Source: a virus. Taken from it: a DNA stretch of 64,000 nucleotides. Positions 1 to 9,955 of the stretch are shown here, piece after piece; the first letter of the stretch is position 1; every line of letters starts with the position of its first letter. The notes under the pieces were generated by a model. The model was given only the letters and a program-made list of their open reading frames with translations. It was not told the origin of the DNA and searched no databases. The translations under genes and the position numbers were made by a program. The DNA is taken from positions 9,556 through 73,555 of IMG/VR virus record IMGVR_UViG_3300027771_000011. One strand, 5' to 3'.

Positions 1-2
1 CC

Positions 3-110
3 TATTACAGGCAACTATTTGATCGTGAACTTGCTAGGGCCAAGGTTGCTCAGATGCAAGGTTACGACAGTACAAATCTCCGCGTTAAGTCAGTTCGATT
101 TGGAGCGTAG
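3..110 (+). CDS. C-terminal fragment of a virion protein (possible head-tail adaptor), 5'-truncated by the window
   Basis: Open frame YYRQLFDRELARAKVAQMQGYDSTNLRVKSVRFGA* upstream of the structural operon. Confidence 0.5.
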   Translation, partial: YYRQLFDRELARAKVAQMQGYDSTNLRVKSVRFGA

Positions 111-169
111 GGGCGCTGGCCCAATCCTGCACTATTTAGTGCAACTTAAAACCTTATTTGGAGTTAGCA

Positions 170-559
170 ATGTCTAAGTTTTCTGATTATCTTGAGCAGC
201 ATATTCTCAATGCCACCTTAAAGGGTGGTGACTTTCCCGATATTTCTCAGGCCTATTTAGCTGTATTCATCGGTGATCCTACTGACGCGGCTTCTGGTGG
301 CGCTGAAGGTGCATGGACTAACTATGCCCGTCAAGCAATGTCGTTTGGCACTATTTCTGGTGGAGCCGTTAACAGCTCAACCCAGATTCAGTTTCCTGCA
401 TTGGTAGGGTCTAACGTTACCATTAGTCACATCGGCATTTTCGATGCGGCATCCAGTGGCAACATGCTTTATCACACCAATTTGGCAACGTCCAAGACAC
501 TAACCGCTGACGATGTACTGTCGTTTGCTGTCAGTGGTGTTACGGTGACACTAGACTAA
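170..559 (+). CDS. Phage structural/tail-associated protein
   Basis: GGAG RBS then ATG at 170; MSKFSDYLE...HIGIFDAASSGNMLY pattern typical of phage tail proteins. Confidence 0.7.
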   Translation: MSKFSDYLEQHILNATLKGGDFPDISQAYLAVFIGDPTDAASGGAEGAWTNYARQAMSFGTISGGAVNSSTQIQFPALVGSNVTISHIGIFDAASSGNMLYHTNLATSKTLTADDVLSFAVSGVTVTLD

Positions 560-3500
560 ATGAACTTTTCCGCACTCAATACACACGCGATTGGTGTTAT
601 CTCTGCTTCGGCAGAGGTGACAACAGTTGAGGGTGCGGCATCATTAAGTGCAGGGGCATCTGCTTCTGCTCAAGCAACTTTACACTCTCATGCTACCGCT
701 GCTGTAATCAACTCAGTCGCATTAACAACAACGCAATCTGTTGTTCGTTTTGCCATGGCTACTGCCACACTAGGTTGTAACGCAGCTGCAAACGTAGAAG
801 GGTATAGAGTTAAGTTTAGTAACGCTGAAATAGTTTGTGCAGCAAGCAGTGATGCTAATGCTGTGGTTCACAGGCAAGCAGTCGTGTACGTTACGGCTCA
901 AGCAACGAATGTTGCTGTAGGATCGAGGGTGGCCTACGCGTCTGCTTCATTACAAGCAGAGTGTAACCTAACCGCTAACTCAGGTAAGGTCACTTTCTCC
1001 TCTGGAACATTGGTTGCTAATGCAGCTATGTCCTCTAGTGCAAATGTTCATCGAGGCGTGCAGGCATCTATCAATGCGACTGCCGATTCTTCCTCATCTA
1101 CCTTTATAGTCACTCCAGCAACAGCCAGTGTTATCAGCTCTTGCTCAGTTCTATCAGAAAGCTCAGCGCAAGCCTCAGCCCAATGTTCTGTAGCGGCACA
1201 AGCTAATCTAAGTTCATCTGCACACTGTATTCTTCAATCAAGTGCTGGTGTATCCGCATCAAGTGAAGTCGATTCATCAACTTATGTCGTATGGGATGCC
1301 TATGGTGTCTTTATTGGCTCAAGCTTAGCGATCTCAGTCGGTGAAAAGAAAGCGGTGGCACAGACCACTTTGGTTGCAAGCGCTGCATTAACTGCCGTTG
1401 CAACTTCAGGAGCGTTCTCTTATGCCACTGTTACTGCTCAATCTAACATCATCGCAACCTCTAGTATTATTCATGGCTTAAATGCTAGCGTTACTGCAAG
1501 TAGCTCACTATCTAGATCTGACACCCAAACTTTTGTGGTTACTGCTTCTGGCGGTAACTATGTCATTGCTAGCCAATCTAATAGACCATTAGATTTCAAA
1601 GTCGGATCTACATATACATTCGACTTATCAAGCTCTAGCAATGGTTCTCATCCTTTACGGTTCAGCACCACTAACAATGGCACACATGGTGGTGGCAGCG
1701 AGTACACTACTGGCGTAACCATTACTGGTAATCAAGGTCAGGCTGGCTCTTCGATTTCCATTGTTGTCACTGAAGACACCCCATCTACTCTTTATTATTA
1801 TTGTGCTTACCATTCCGGTATGGGTGGCACTGTATCTGTTTCAAGTGCTGACGATGTTTCAGCCAGTATAAATTCTTTTGCAAGCGCAGCCCTTAATGGC
1901 TCCGCCTTAATTACTGCATCATCAAATTCTGTTATTGAAGCCTCAGTTACGATTGCTTCTGTATCAGAGTTAACGGCTGCTGCTCATGCAGTTGTAGATG
2001 CTGGTGCAGCATTTGATTCAACGAGCAATGTAACTGCTGAAGCCATAGCGATTTCTGGTGCTCAAGCAAGTGTTTCTGGCTCTAGCTCACTATCAAGTGT
2101 TAGCTATAATGTATCCTCGGCTAGTGCAACCTTTATTGGCTCCAGTATTGCCATCTCAGTTGGCCATAAGAAGTCAGTCGCTCATACAACCATCAATGCT
2201 AACGCAGCCGTTTCTAGCGCGGCTAACTCTGAGGTTTACAACGCAGCTTCAGTAGCAGCGTCAGCTGTTGTGAGTTCGATTGCAGTTAACTATTCATCTG
2301 CTCAAGCCAGTTGTGTCGCTCAGAGTTCTGTTTCAAGTTCAGCATTTAATACTGCTAATCCAAATGCAGCTATTATCGCTCATGCAAATACATCGGCTAC
2401 GACTGCTACTATACATTTTGCAACAGCTAATGTTGATGGCTCTTGCGTCATTGCTACTGCGCCATATCGTGTTATTGATGTATCCGCAGCGTTGTCTGCT
2501 TTTGCTGTTTCCATATCAGTTGGTAATAAGATTTCAGTTGGAAATGCTCAGTTTATAGGCACTGCCAACCTAACAGCTGTAGCACAGGCTAGTAGTAATG
2601 GTCAGGCAACAGTTACTTGTAGCGCCTCGGTTTCAAGTTCGGCAATCGCAGCGAGAATTATTCAAGCTGAAGCCTATGTGCTGGATAGTTTTGAGGTAAC
2701 CCCCGCCTACACGATACCTGAATACGATACTTACACCTATACAACAGCTACGTCAGTTTATGGGTATTACTCTCCTGTACCTTCGTTTCAATCTCGAACT
2801 AATCCGGGCGGAGTTACATACTATTATTCTGGTAGTTATTACTTTTATCATGGTATGTACCCTGCTGGGTCAGATTACACATGGACTTTTACCCCTCAGA
2901 ATCAAAACTCTTCTCCACCTACAGAGTCTTCAACTTGGGGAAGCTTTGGGCCTGCTCCAGCTGCAAATACATCAGGCCGTTATAAAGGCGCTGTGATTGG
3001 AAGTATTAACCATCAAGACTCTGTGTATATTCCCGGTCTGAACCAAGTAACTGTAACTCACTACGCTACTCGTTACCAAATACTAGAAGACACTGTTACT
3101 ACACACACGACCACTCATCCTGCTGTTTACGTTGAAGCAGTATCTGTACCAACAGGTTACACACCTAATGCTCAGGTTGTGGTTTCAGATGTAAGTGTCC
3201 TTAGTGGTAGCTTTGCATACTCAACAGCATCAGCTGAGGTTACTGCAACAGGTACTCGAGTTTGTATAGGCATAGCAGACGTAACCAGTGCAGCATCAGC
3301 TACGTCAACAGCGTTCACAGTAAGGTACATTGACGCATCAGCAACAGTTAATGCTACGGCAGACTTATCGTTAAGTGTCACTGTTGACATATTAGGGTCA
3401 GCCCAAGTATTGGCAGATGCTGAAGCAACAGCTGAAAGCTTCAACACTTTACTTGCTACTGGATCGTTCAGTGGATCTAGTCTGGCGATTTCTGTAGGTA

Positions 3501-4687
3501 ATAAGAAAGCTGTAGGCCAGACTGATATTGTGGCTACTGCTTCAGTCTCTGTCGCTTCATCAACCTATGTGATATTTGACGCTTCAGCAGCAATCAATCC
3601 ATCTGTAACCATAAGTGCTGTTGGAGACCTTACAATTATTACTGCGGGGCTATCAACAGCTACCGCAACAGCCAGCATTGTTGCCTCTGGCTACCTATCA
3701 GAATCAGTTGCCAGTGCTTCAGTCAATGCCTCAGCCTCAGCCACAGCTGATGGCGACAACTTAATCGGTGCCGTAGCAAATGTTATTACCACACAGTTCT
3801 ATACAGAATCTGTATTCCATCCTGCCGTAATAACTGCGGGGTATTGGGTTCCTGCTGTGTGGGAATGGGCAGTCGTAGGATCCACAGTATATGTGAATGG
3901 GTCTTATAGTTATGGCCCTGTCGGATCAGGATATAGATTCGTATATCCCGGTACAACTTCTTATCAAGGAAGTGACACATACCTAACTTATGCTACGGAA
4001 CAGTATACACAGACAGCAGCAACTTACTATGTAAACCCTGTAACCGTTAGCGAAGCCTATACCACTCCAGCGTTCTGGACAAATACAGGATATACCCCTT
4101 CTGCAAATGTTGCAGCTGAAGCCACCGTACTATTTAGCTTCAGCCTCACTGCGTCATCTGAACTGTCTGCCACAGCTGGAGCAATACAAACTGCTTCTGC
4201 TCAGATCTCAGCGTCAGCAGATACCACAGCCGCTTCTTACATTGAGAGTTCTGCAACCTGTACGTTAAATGGTACAGGTTCCATATCTCCAGTTAACACA
4301 AACTTCCTTAAATTCACCAGTGCTGCACTATCAGCTTCGTCTGATGTTGTGTCATTAGCTGATAAGGAAATTTATGCCAAGGCGGATGTAGTTGGAACGG
4401 CTGACATAACTGTTTCAGGAACAGGAATAAACGCTGCGTTTGGTTATTCAAATGCCGCAGCTTCAGTAGAAGCAACAGCCTTCCGAATGAGGGTTCCTTC
4501 TCCGATAAACGCCATAGCAACAGCTGAAGTAGTAAGCAGCTTTACTTATGTTTCACAGACGGGTGAACGCAGTAACGGCATTCTCATATTGGTTGAGGCA
4601 GAAGTCCGATCTATAACGGTTGAAGCGATTGACCGAGTAATCATTGTAGATGCAGAAGATAGAACCATCTTTGCCGAAGCAGCTTAA
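560..4687 (+). CDS. 1375-aa Ala/Ser/Val-rich repetitive virion fibre with an inserted cupredoxin-like domain and two Tyr/Thr-rich inserts
   Basis: Repetitive A-S-A scaffold; GSS(L/I)AISVGxKK motif recurs; HPLRFS...YYYCAYHSGMG domain at about 1520-1840. Confidence 0.7.
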   Translation: MNFSALNTHAIGVISASAEVTTVEGAASLSAGASASAQATLHSHATAAVINSVALTTTQSVVRFAMATATLGCNAAANVEGYRVKFSNAEIVCAASSDANAVVHRQAVVYVTAQATNVAVGSRVAYASASLQAECNLTANSGKVTFSSGTLVANAAMSSSANVHRGVQASINATADSSSSTFIVTPATASVISSCSVLSESSAQASAQCSVAAQANLSSSAHCILQSSAGVSASSEVDSSTYVVWDAYGVFIGSSLAISVGEKKAVAQTTLVASAALTAVATSGAFSYATVTAQSNIIATSSIIHGLNASVTASSSLSRSDTQTFVVTASGGNYVIASQSNRPLDFKVGSTYTFDLSSSSNGSHPLRFSTTNNGTHGGGSEYTTGVTITGNQGQAGSSISIVVTEDTPSTLYYYCAYHSGMGGTVSVSSADDVSASINSFASAALNGSALITASSNSVIEASVTIASVSELTAAAHAVVDAGAAFDSTSNVTAEAIAISGAQASVSGSSSLSSVSYNVSSASATFIGSSIAISVGHKKSVAHTTINANAAVSSAANSEVYNAASVAASAVVSSIAVNYSSAQASCVAQSSVSSSAFNTANPNAAIIAHANTSATTATIHFATANVDGSCVIATAPYRVIDVSAALSAFAVSISVGNKISVGNAQFIGTANLTAVAQASSNGQATVTCSASVSSSAIAARIIQAEAYVLDSFEVTPAYTIPEYDTYTYTTATSVYGYYSPVPSFQSRTNPGGVTYYYSGSYYFYHGMYPAGSDYTWTFTPQNQNSSPPTESSTWGSFGPAPAANTSGRYKGAVIGSINHQDSVYIPGLNQVTVTHYATRYQILEDTVTTHTTTHPAVYVEAVSVPTGYTPNAQVVVSDVSVLSGSFAYSTASAEVTATGTRVCIGIADVTSAASATSTAFTVRYIDASATVNATADLSLSVTVDILGSAQVLADAEATAESFNTLLATGSFSGSSLAISVGNKKAVGQTDIVATASVSVASSTYVIFDASAAINPSVTISAVGDLTIITAGLSTATATASIVASGYLSESVASASVNASASATADGDNLIGAVANVITTQFYTESVFHPAVITAGYWVPAVWEWAVVGSTVYVNGSYSYGPVGSGYRFVYPGTTSYQGSDTYLTYATEQYTQTAATYYVNPVTVSEAYTTPAFWTNTGYTPSANVAAEATVLFSFSLTASSELSATAGAIQTASAQISASADTTAASYIESSATCTLNGTGSISPVNTNFLKFTSAALSASSDVVSLADKEIYAKADVVGTADITVSGTGINAAFGYSNAAASVEATAFRMRVPSPINAIATAEVVSSFTYVSQTGERSNGILILVEAEVRSITVEAIDRVIIVDAEDRTIFAEAA

Positions 4688-4699
4688 AGAGAGATATTT

Positions 4700-4972
4700 A
4701 TGGAATCGTATACCAAACAGCCCACTGAAAGATTGGACTATGACATTGATTTTACTGCATGGCTTCCAAGTGGGGACGCGATAATTTCCACTGTGACTGC
4801 TTCAGCTCCAGCGGGCTTAACGATTTATGTGACTGATGCAACGACCATCATACCTAAAGTCTGGGTAGCTGCGGGTGTGGATAAAAAGAGCTACATCGTT
4901 TCTGTCACAGTTGAGACCAACCAAGGCCGAACTAAAGAAGTCAACTTTAAAGTTAAAGTAAAGGATACATAA
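4700..4972 (+). CDS. Small phage fibre-adaptor-like protein
   Basis: KQPTERLDYDIDF...W motif of small beta-sandwich phage tail proteins. Confidence 0.6.
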   Translation: MESYTKQPTERLDYDIDFTAWLPSGDAIISTVTASAPAGLTIYVTDATTIIPKVWVAAGVDKKSYIVSVTVETNQGRTKEVNFKVKVKDT

Positions 4973-4973
4973 A

Positions 4974-6239
4974 ATGGCTTTCGAGAATAACGTACAAGGT
5001 ACGCTACAGGCAAACTTAGCTATCGGTGCAACTACTGTTGATGTGGTTAAAGCTGTTGCCCCAAATAAAGATGTTCCTACAAGTGGCCGTTTAACTCTAT
5101 CTGCCACAGACAAGACTGAGATCATTACTTATACAGCGCGTACTAATCCTACTAATAGCCAAACTTTTGCAGTTACTTCAGTTAGTACGGAGTCAGGTAA
5201 TAAGTATTACATCAATGGTGTACGACAACAAACGCTAACTTTAAAAGTTGGATCTACTTATATATTCACTTATCCATCAGGCCATCCGTTTCGATTTTCT
5301 ACTACTGCTGATGGTACACATGGAGGTGGGTCAGAATACACCACAGGTGTAACCCACAATAGCGCAACACAAACTACGGTTGTCGTATCTGATAGCACTC
5401 CAGCAGCTTTGTATTATTATTGTTCTTATCACGCAGGCATGGGTGGGAGTGCATCAGTTGTTAGTTATTGGACACTGACTGGAGTTGCTAAGAATGCTGA
5501 GTCTTCTTTTGGAGATCAAGCATGGTCAGCAGGTGATTCATTTTTCCAAGCACTAACTGCAGCTGATGTAGTTAATTTTACAACAATACAATCAGCTACA
5601 GCGCCTACTAATCCTTCTATTGGTACTAAATGGTTTAATACTACTACAGGCGTTCTTCAAGAATATTTAAGTGACGGCACTGATTCAGCTTGGTTAGACA
5701 TATCAGCAGGTGCTGTCTTGATGGCAGCATCAACTTCTGCAACAGTAATTGCCCCAATAGCACAAGGCCGTATTAGCACAGAAGCGTCAGGCACAGCAGC
5801 AGGCTGTAGTTATAGTGCCTACTCTAGTGGTAATACAACTGTAACTTTTAACACAGCTATGGCAGATACTAATTACTCTGTCATTACAGATAAAGAAAAT
5901 TTTGATGCACATCAAGTAATAGTAAGTAGTAAAACAACTACTTCTTTTGTCCTGCAATCAAAAGACACCGCAGGCACTGGAAATATGTCACCTTCTAGCT
6001 GGCCTTACGCATTTGTTGTCTATGCAAGTGACCCAGTACAAAATGTAATAGCAAATAAAGGCGACACAGGCGACACAGGGGGAACAGGCCCAGCTGGAGC
6101 AGCAGGCCCAGCAAGTCTTTCCTTTGGTGAATTCAGCATAGAACCAGTTACAGGAATGTTATCAGTAAACTACTACGGTGCAGCATACGAGGAAGATTTT
6201 TCAATAAACTCAAACGGTGAACTAGAGGTAACAACCTAA
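4974..6239 (+). CDS. Tail fibre/decoration protein with cupredoxin-like insert and short collagen-like repeat
   Basis: HPFRFS...YYYCSYHAGMG; GDTGDTGGTGPAGAAGPA; WFNTTTGVLQEYLSDGTD module shared with 7889. Confidence 0.7.
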   Translation: MAFENNVQGTLQANLAIGATTVDVVKAVAPNKDVPTSGRLTLSATDKTEIITYTARTNPTNSQTFAVTSVSTESGNKYYINGVRQQTLTLKVGSTYIFTYPSGHPFRFSTTADGTHGGGSEYTTGVTHNSATQTTVVVSDSTPAALYYYCSYHAGMGGSASVVSYWTLTGVAKNAESSFGDQAWSAGDSFFQALTAADVVNFTTIQSATAPTNPSIGTKWFNTTTGVLQEYLSDGTDSAWLDISAGAVLMAASTSATVIAPIAQGRISTEASGTAAGCSYSAYSSGNTTVTFNTAMADTNYSVITDKENFDAHQVIVSSKTTTSFVLQSKDTAGTGNMSPSSWPYAFVVYASDPVQNVIANKGDTGDTGGTGPAGAAGPASLSFGEFSIEPVTGMLSVNYYGAAYEEDFSINSNGELEVTT

Positions 6240-6889
6240 TGCCAACTTTAAATTTAGGCAAAGTACGCTTTGCTTTACAAGGCACATGGGATTCAGCAAC
6301 TGCCTATGCAATTTTAGATGCTGTTCTTTACAACGGCAGTACATATACTGCTATTGCAGCTTCTGCTGCAGGTACAGTTCCATCTAGCAATGCAGCTATC
6401 TGGCAGTTACTTGCTGAAAAAGGTACTAATGGCAATGATGGTACTGATGGCAATGATGGTACTAATGGCACTACTTTTACAGCAGGTACAGGGTTAACTC
6501 TTTCTGGTACAACACTTATTTGTGACATCAATACTCCGTCTGAAGTAGGTCTTAGCAACTTATCAAACAATGGTAATAACTTGTCAGGTAGTTTCACAGC
6601 TTCAGGCAACATTACAGCTTACTCAGATGAACGCCTTAAAAGCAATGTAGAAAAAATTCCTAACGCACTAGATAAAGTTCTTAATGTTCGTGGTGTTACT
6701 TTTGATATGAATAGTGAGAGAGCAACTGGTGTTATCGCACAAGAGTTAGAAAAAGTGTTACCAGAAGCTGTGTTTGATAATAAAGATGGCATGAAATCTG
6801 TAGCTTACGGAAACATTGTAGGACTTCTTATTGAAGCAATTAAAGAACAGCAAGTTCAAATTAATAAGCTAATTGAGGAAAGTAAGTAA
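6239..6889 (+). CDS. Tail fibre with C-terminal intramolecular chaperone (peptidase S74)
   Basis: TAYSDERLKSNV...GVIAQELEKVLPEAV...VAYGNIVGLLIEAIKEQQ signature; GTNGND repeats. Confidence 0.85.
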   Translation: MPTLNLGKVRFALQGTWDSATAYAILDAVLYNGSTYTAIAASAAGTVPSSNAAIWQLLAEKGTNGNDGTDGNDGTNGTTFTAGTGLTLSGTTLICDINTPSEVGLSNLSNNGNNLSGSFTASGNITAYSDERLKSNVEKIPNALDKVLNVRGVTFDMNSERATGVIAQELEKVLPEAVFDNKDGMKSVAYGNIVGLLIEAIKEQQVQINKLIEESK

Positions 6890-7848
6890 TGGCTCTTCCG
6901 TCTGCTGGTGCAATATCTTTTAGCCAAGTTAATATAGAACTTGGGCGTCCTTCTACACAGAATCTTAGTATGTCTGATTCAGCATTACGAACGCTATTTA
7001 ACAAAACTAGTGGTTATATCAGCATGTCTTCAGGTTGGGGCCAATCTAGTTTTTCTGCGTATCCTTATAGTATGCAGCATCTAGTTATTGCTGGAGGAGC
7101 TGGAGGATCTGGTTATGTGGGTTCAGGAGGAGGAGCTGGCGGTATGCTTGAAGGTACTTACTCAATAGATGCATCACGTACTTACTCTATAACAGTTGGT
7201 GCAGGCGGTGGAAGCGGGTGGGGCAATGGAAATGAGAGTCGCCTTGAAGTAAATGGAATCATGATTTCCAATCCTACTGGTGGTGGTTTTGGAGTAAGCA
7301 ATAACAGCATACAAAGTGCTATACAAACAGGTAATAGCGGTGGTTCTGGAGGCGGCTCTTTTTATGGAGGCTCAGTTGGTGGTTCAGGAATAGCTGGTCA
7401 AGGACATGCAGGCGGGAACGGAGCCAGTACTTCTTTGTATAAATCTGGCGGTGGAGGTGGTGCTGGTCAAGCTGGGGCCAATGGTGGCTACTCACCTGCT
7501 AACGGTGGCAATGGAAGAACGTCAACCATTACTGGTACTAGTGTAACTTACGCAGGCGGTGGTGCAGGTGGCACTTTCTCTCCGGGCACTACTGTAGGTC
7601 AAGGAGGAACTGGAGGTGGTGGACACGGTGGTGGTTGGGGCGGAGGCGTACCATCGTTAGGCGGGCAGGTAAACACAGGTAGTGGTGGTGGCGGTGGTGG
7701 TGCCGGTAATGCAGGCGGCTCTGGTGTAGTTATTATTAGAATGCCAACTGTTTATTACTCTGGCTCATATTCAGGAACACCAAATGTATCTACTTCGGGC
7801 ACAGACACAATATTAAAATTTACAAGTTCTGGTACGTACATTTCATGA
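6889..7848 (+). CDS. Glycine-rich fibre tip/adhesin
   Basis: MALPSAGAISFSQVNIELG N-terminus; polyglycine repeats; GGSGVVIIR near the end. Confidence 0.75.
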   Translation: MALPSAGAISFSQVNIELGRPSTQNLSMSDSALRTLFNKTSGYISMSSGWGQSSFSAYPYSMQHLVIAGGAGGSGYVGSGGGAGGMLEGTYSIDASRTYSITVGAGGGSGWGNGNESRLEVNGIMISNPTGGGFGVSNNSIQSAIQTGNSGGSGGGSFYGGSVGGSGIAGQGHAGGNGASTSLYKSGGGGGAGQAGANGGYSPANGGNGRTSTITGTSVTYAGGGAGGTFSPGTTVGQGGTGGGGHGGGWGGGVPSLGGQVNTGSGGGGGGAGNAGGSGVVIIRMPTVYYSGSYSGTPNVSTSGTDTILKFTSSGTYIS

Positions 7849-7888
7849 GAGCAGTAAATAATACATTTATTAAAAGCGGGATTTTAAA

Positions 7889-9946
7889 ATGACAGCTTAC
7901 GTTTATACATCAGGCGGTTTCCCATCATCACCCGTATCAGGTGATACGTTGGCTATTAATTCTGCTCAGTATCAATGGAATGGTACTACTTGGGTAGCTA
8001 ATACTGCGCCTGCTGGCCCAACTGGGGCTACGGGAGCCGCAGGTGGAGCAGGTACAGATGGTACAGATGGTACGGATGGAACTAATGGAACCAATGGTAC
8101 AGACGGTACGAATGGAACCAACGGTACCAACGGTGCAGATGGAGTAGGTGGTGTTAGAGATTTCGTAGCTAGCGGTACTTTGCCAAACGGAACTCCTGTT
8201 ATTTTAAAAAGTGACGGAACTGTTGAAGCTGTAGAAATTCCAGTAACAACTATTGCTACAAATATGCCAGCAGGTAGCGAATATGTATTTAACTCAAGTG
8301 CAACATTTGATTTCAATATAGATTTTGATCCAAATACCGCAAATACTTTTGTAATAACTTATAGAGATGTTGGAAATGGACACGCTGGTACAGCAATCGT
8401 AGGAACTATTGCTAGTAACACTATTACTTTTGGCTCCCCAGTTGTGTTTAATTCAGGCGATTCTTATTGGAACTCAATATCCTTTGATCCTAACACTGCT
8501 GGTAAGTTCATATTAGCGTTTAGAGATGTTGACAATTCATACTACGGCGTTGTGATGTTAGGCACAGTTTCAGGAACTTCGATTAGTTTTGGTTCTAAGT
8601 ATGTATTTAGTTCTGCTACAACAAGCGAAATTCATGTATCTTTTGATCCTCACAATTCAAATAAGTTTTTACTTGCTTACAACGATGGCAACGGCAAAGC
8701 GTTAATTGGCACAGTTTCAGGAGCCTCGGTTACTTTTGGAGCTGTGAATACATTTAATAGTGCCTCATCTTATGAAATAGACTTACGTTTCCATCCAAGT
8801 CAAACAGGTAAATTTGCAGTTGTTTATAAGACTGCAAGTGGCAACAGCGGTTATGCAGCAATAGCGACAATTTCAGGTAATAATATTACTTTTGGTACTC
8901 CAGCTTATTTTACAAATGCTTCCTATAACTACTCAGTAGCGTTTGACCCAAATTCATCAAATATTGTAGTGGCTTGGAGCGACAGCACTAACGGAATGTA
9001 TGGCACAGCTATAGTTGGCGCAGTCTCAGGCACCACTATTACTTTTGGTACTAAGGTTGTACACGCAACAGCATATTCCGCCGGCATTAAAATAATCTTT
9101 GATCCGTATGGCACGACAGGTAAGTTTGTAATTTCTTATCATGATGAAACTGGTGGATCGCCTTATACTGGCATGATGGTCACGGGTACAATTTCTGGTA
9201 CTACTCTTGTCTTTGATGCTGCTAATGCGTACTCAGCAGCAGTATGGACGCCTACCTTTGCTTTCAACCCTAATAACATTGGTGAGTTTGTAGCGGTTTT
9301 TCCACCAGCACACAATTCAAATGGTAAAGCAGTAGTAGGACAGTTGGGAGGAAATGTATTAGGGACAACAAACTTAACCGCAACTAACTTTATAGGTATG
9401 TCTTCAGCAGTTTATGTAGATGCAGACACAGCTTCTATAGTGCTAGCGGGAGGAGTGTCTTCTAACCAAACAGGTTTAACTACTAACTTAATATATTATG
9501 TTCAGACTAACGGTACTATTTCCACTACTGCTGGAACACCTAGCGTAGAGGCAGGCCGAGCTTTGTCTGCCACTACTTTACTTCTAACAAGTGAAGCAGG
9601 TACTAATGGCACTAACGGAACCGATGGAACCAACGGTACTAATGGTACTAACGGAACCAACGGTACTGACGGGTCTGATGGCACTGATGGTGCTGACTCA
9701 ACTGTAGCTGGCCCAACAGGATCGACAGGAGCAGCTGGAACACCCGCCTTAGTCTTAATAAGCCAAGCATCAGCCCCAACTTCACCAGCCCAAGGACAGC
9801 AGTGGTTTGATACTTCTCAAGGTGTTCTTTATGAATACCTGTCGGATGGTACAGACAATGCTTGGTTAGACAAAGGAGCAGCAAATAGTACTACATCCAC
9901 AGCTGTTGCTGGGGCAACTATAGCCAGAATCTTAATGTATACATAG
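7889..9946 (+). CDS. Fibre protein: beta-propeller-like module between GTNGTD collagen-like repeats
   Basis: Repeated FDPN..GKF blades; GTN/GTD triplets at about 8050-8140 and 9598-9692. Confidence 0.7.
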   Translation: MTAYVYTSGGFPSSPVSGDTLAINSAQYQWNGTTWVANTAPAGPTGATGAAGGAGTDGTDGTDGTNGTNGTDGTNGTNGTNGADGVGGVRDFVASGTLPNGTPVILKSDGTVEAVEIPVTTIATNMPAGSEYVFNSSATFDFNIDFDPNTANTFVITYRDVGNGHAGTAIVGTIASNTITFGSPVVFNSGDSYWNSISFDPNTAGKFILAFRDVDNSYYGVVMLGTVSGTSISFGSKYVFSSATTSEIHVSFDPHNSNKFLLAYNDGNGKALIGTVSGASVTFGAVNTFNSASSYEIDLRFHPSQTGKFAVVYKTASGNSGYAAIATISGNNITFGTPAYFTNASYNYSVAFDPNSSNIVVAWSDSTNGMYGTAIVGAVSGTTITFGTKVVHATAYSAGIKIIFDPYGTTGKFVISYHDETGGSPYTGMMVTGTISGTTLVFDAANAYSAAVWTPTFAFNPNNIGEFVAVFPPAHNSNGKAVVGQLGGNVLGTTNLTATNFIGMSSAVYVDADTASIVLAGGVSSNQTGLTTNLIYYVQTNGTISTTAGTPSVEAGRALSATTLLLTSEAGTNGTNGTDGTNGTNGTNGTNGTDGSDGTDGADSTVAGPTGSTGAAGTPALVLISQASAPTSPAQGQQWFDTSQGVLYEYLSDGTDNAWLDKGAANSTTSTAVAGATIARILMYT

Positions 9947-9955
9947 GAGCCTCTC

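Noticed and set aside
8050-9692. CRISPR-like array in the GGTACTAAT/GGAACCAAC repeats
   Set aside because: These are degenerate 9-bp coding repeats (Gly-Thr-Asn/Asp) with no spacers.
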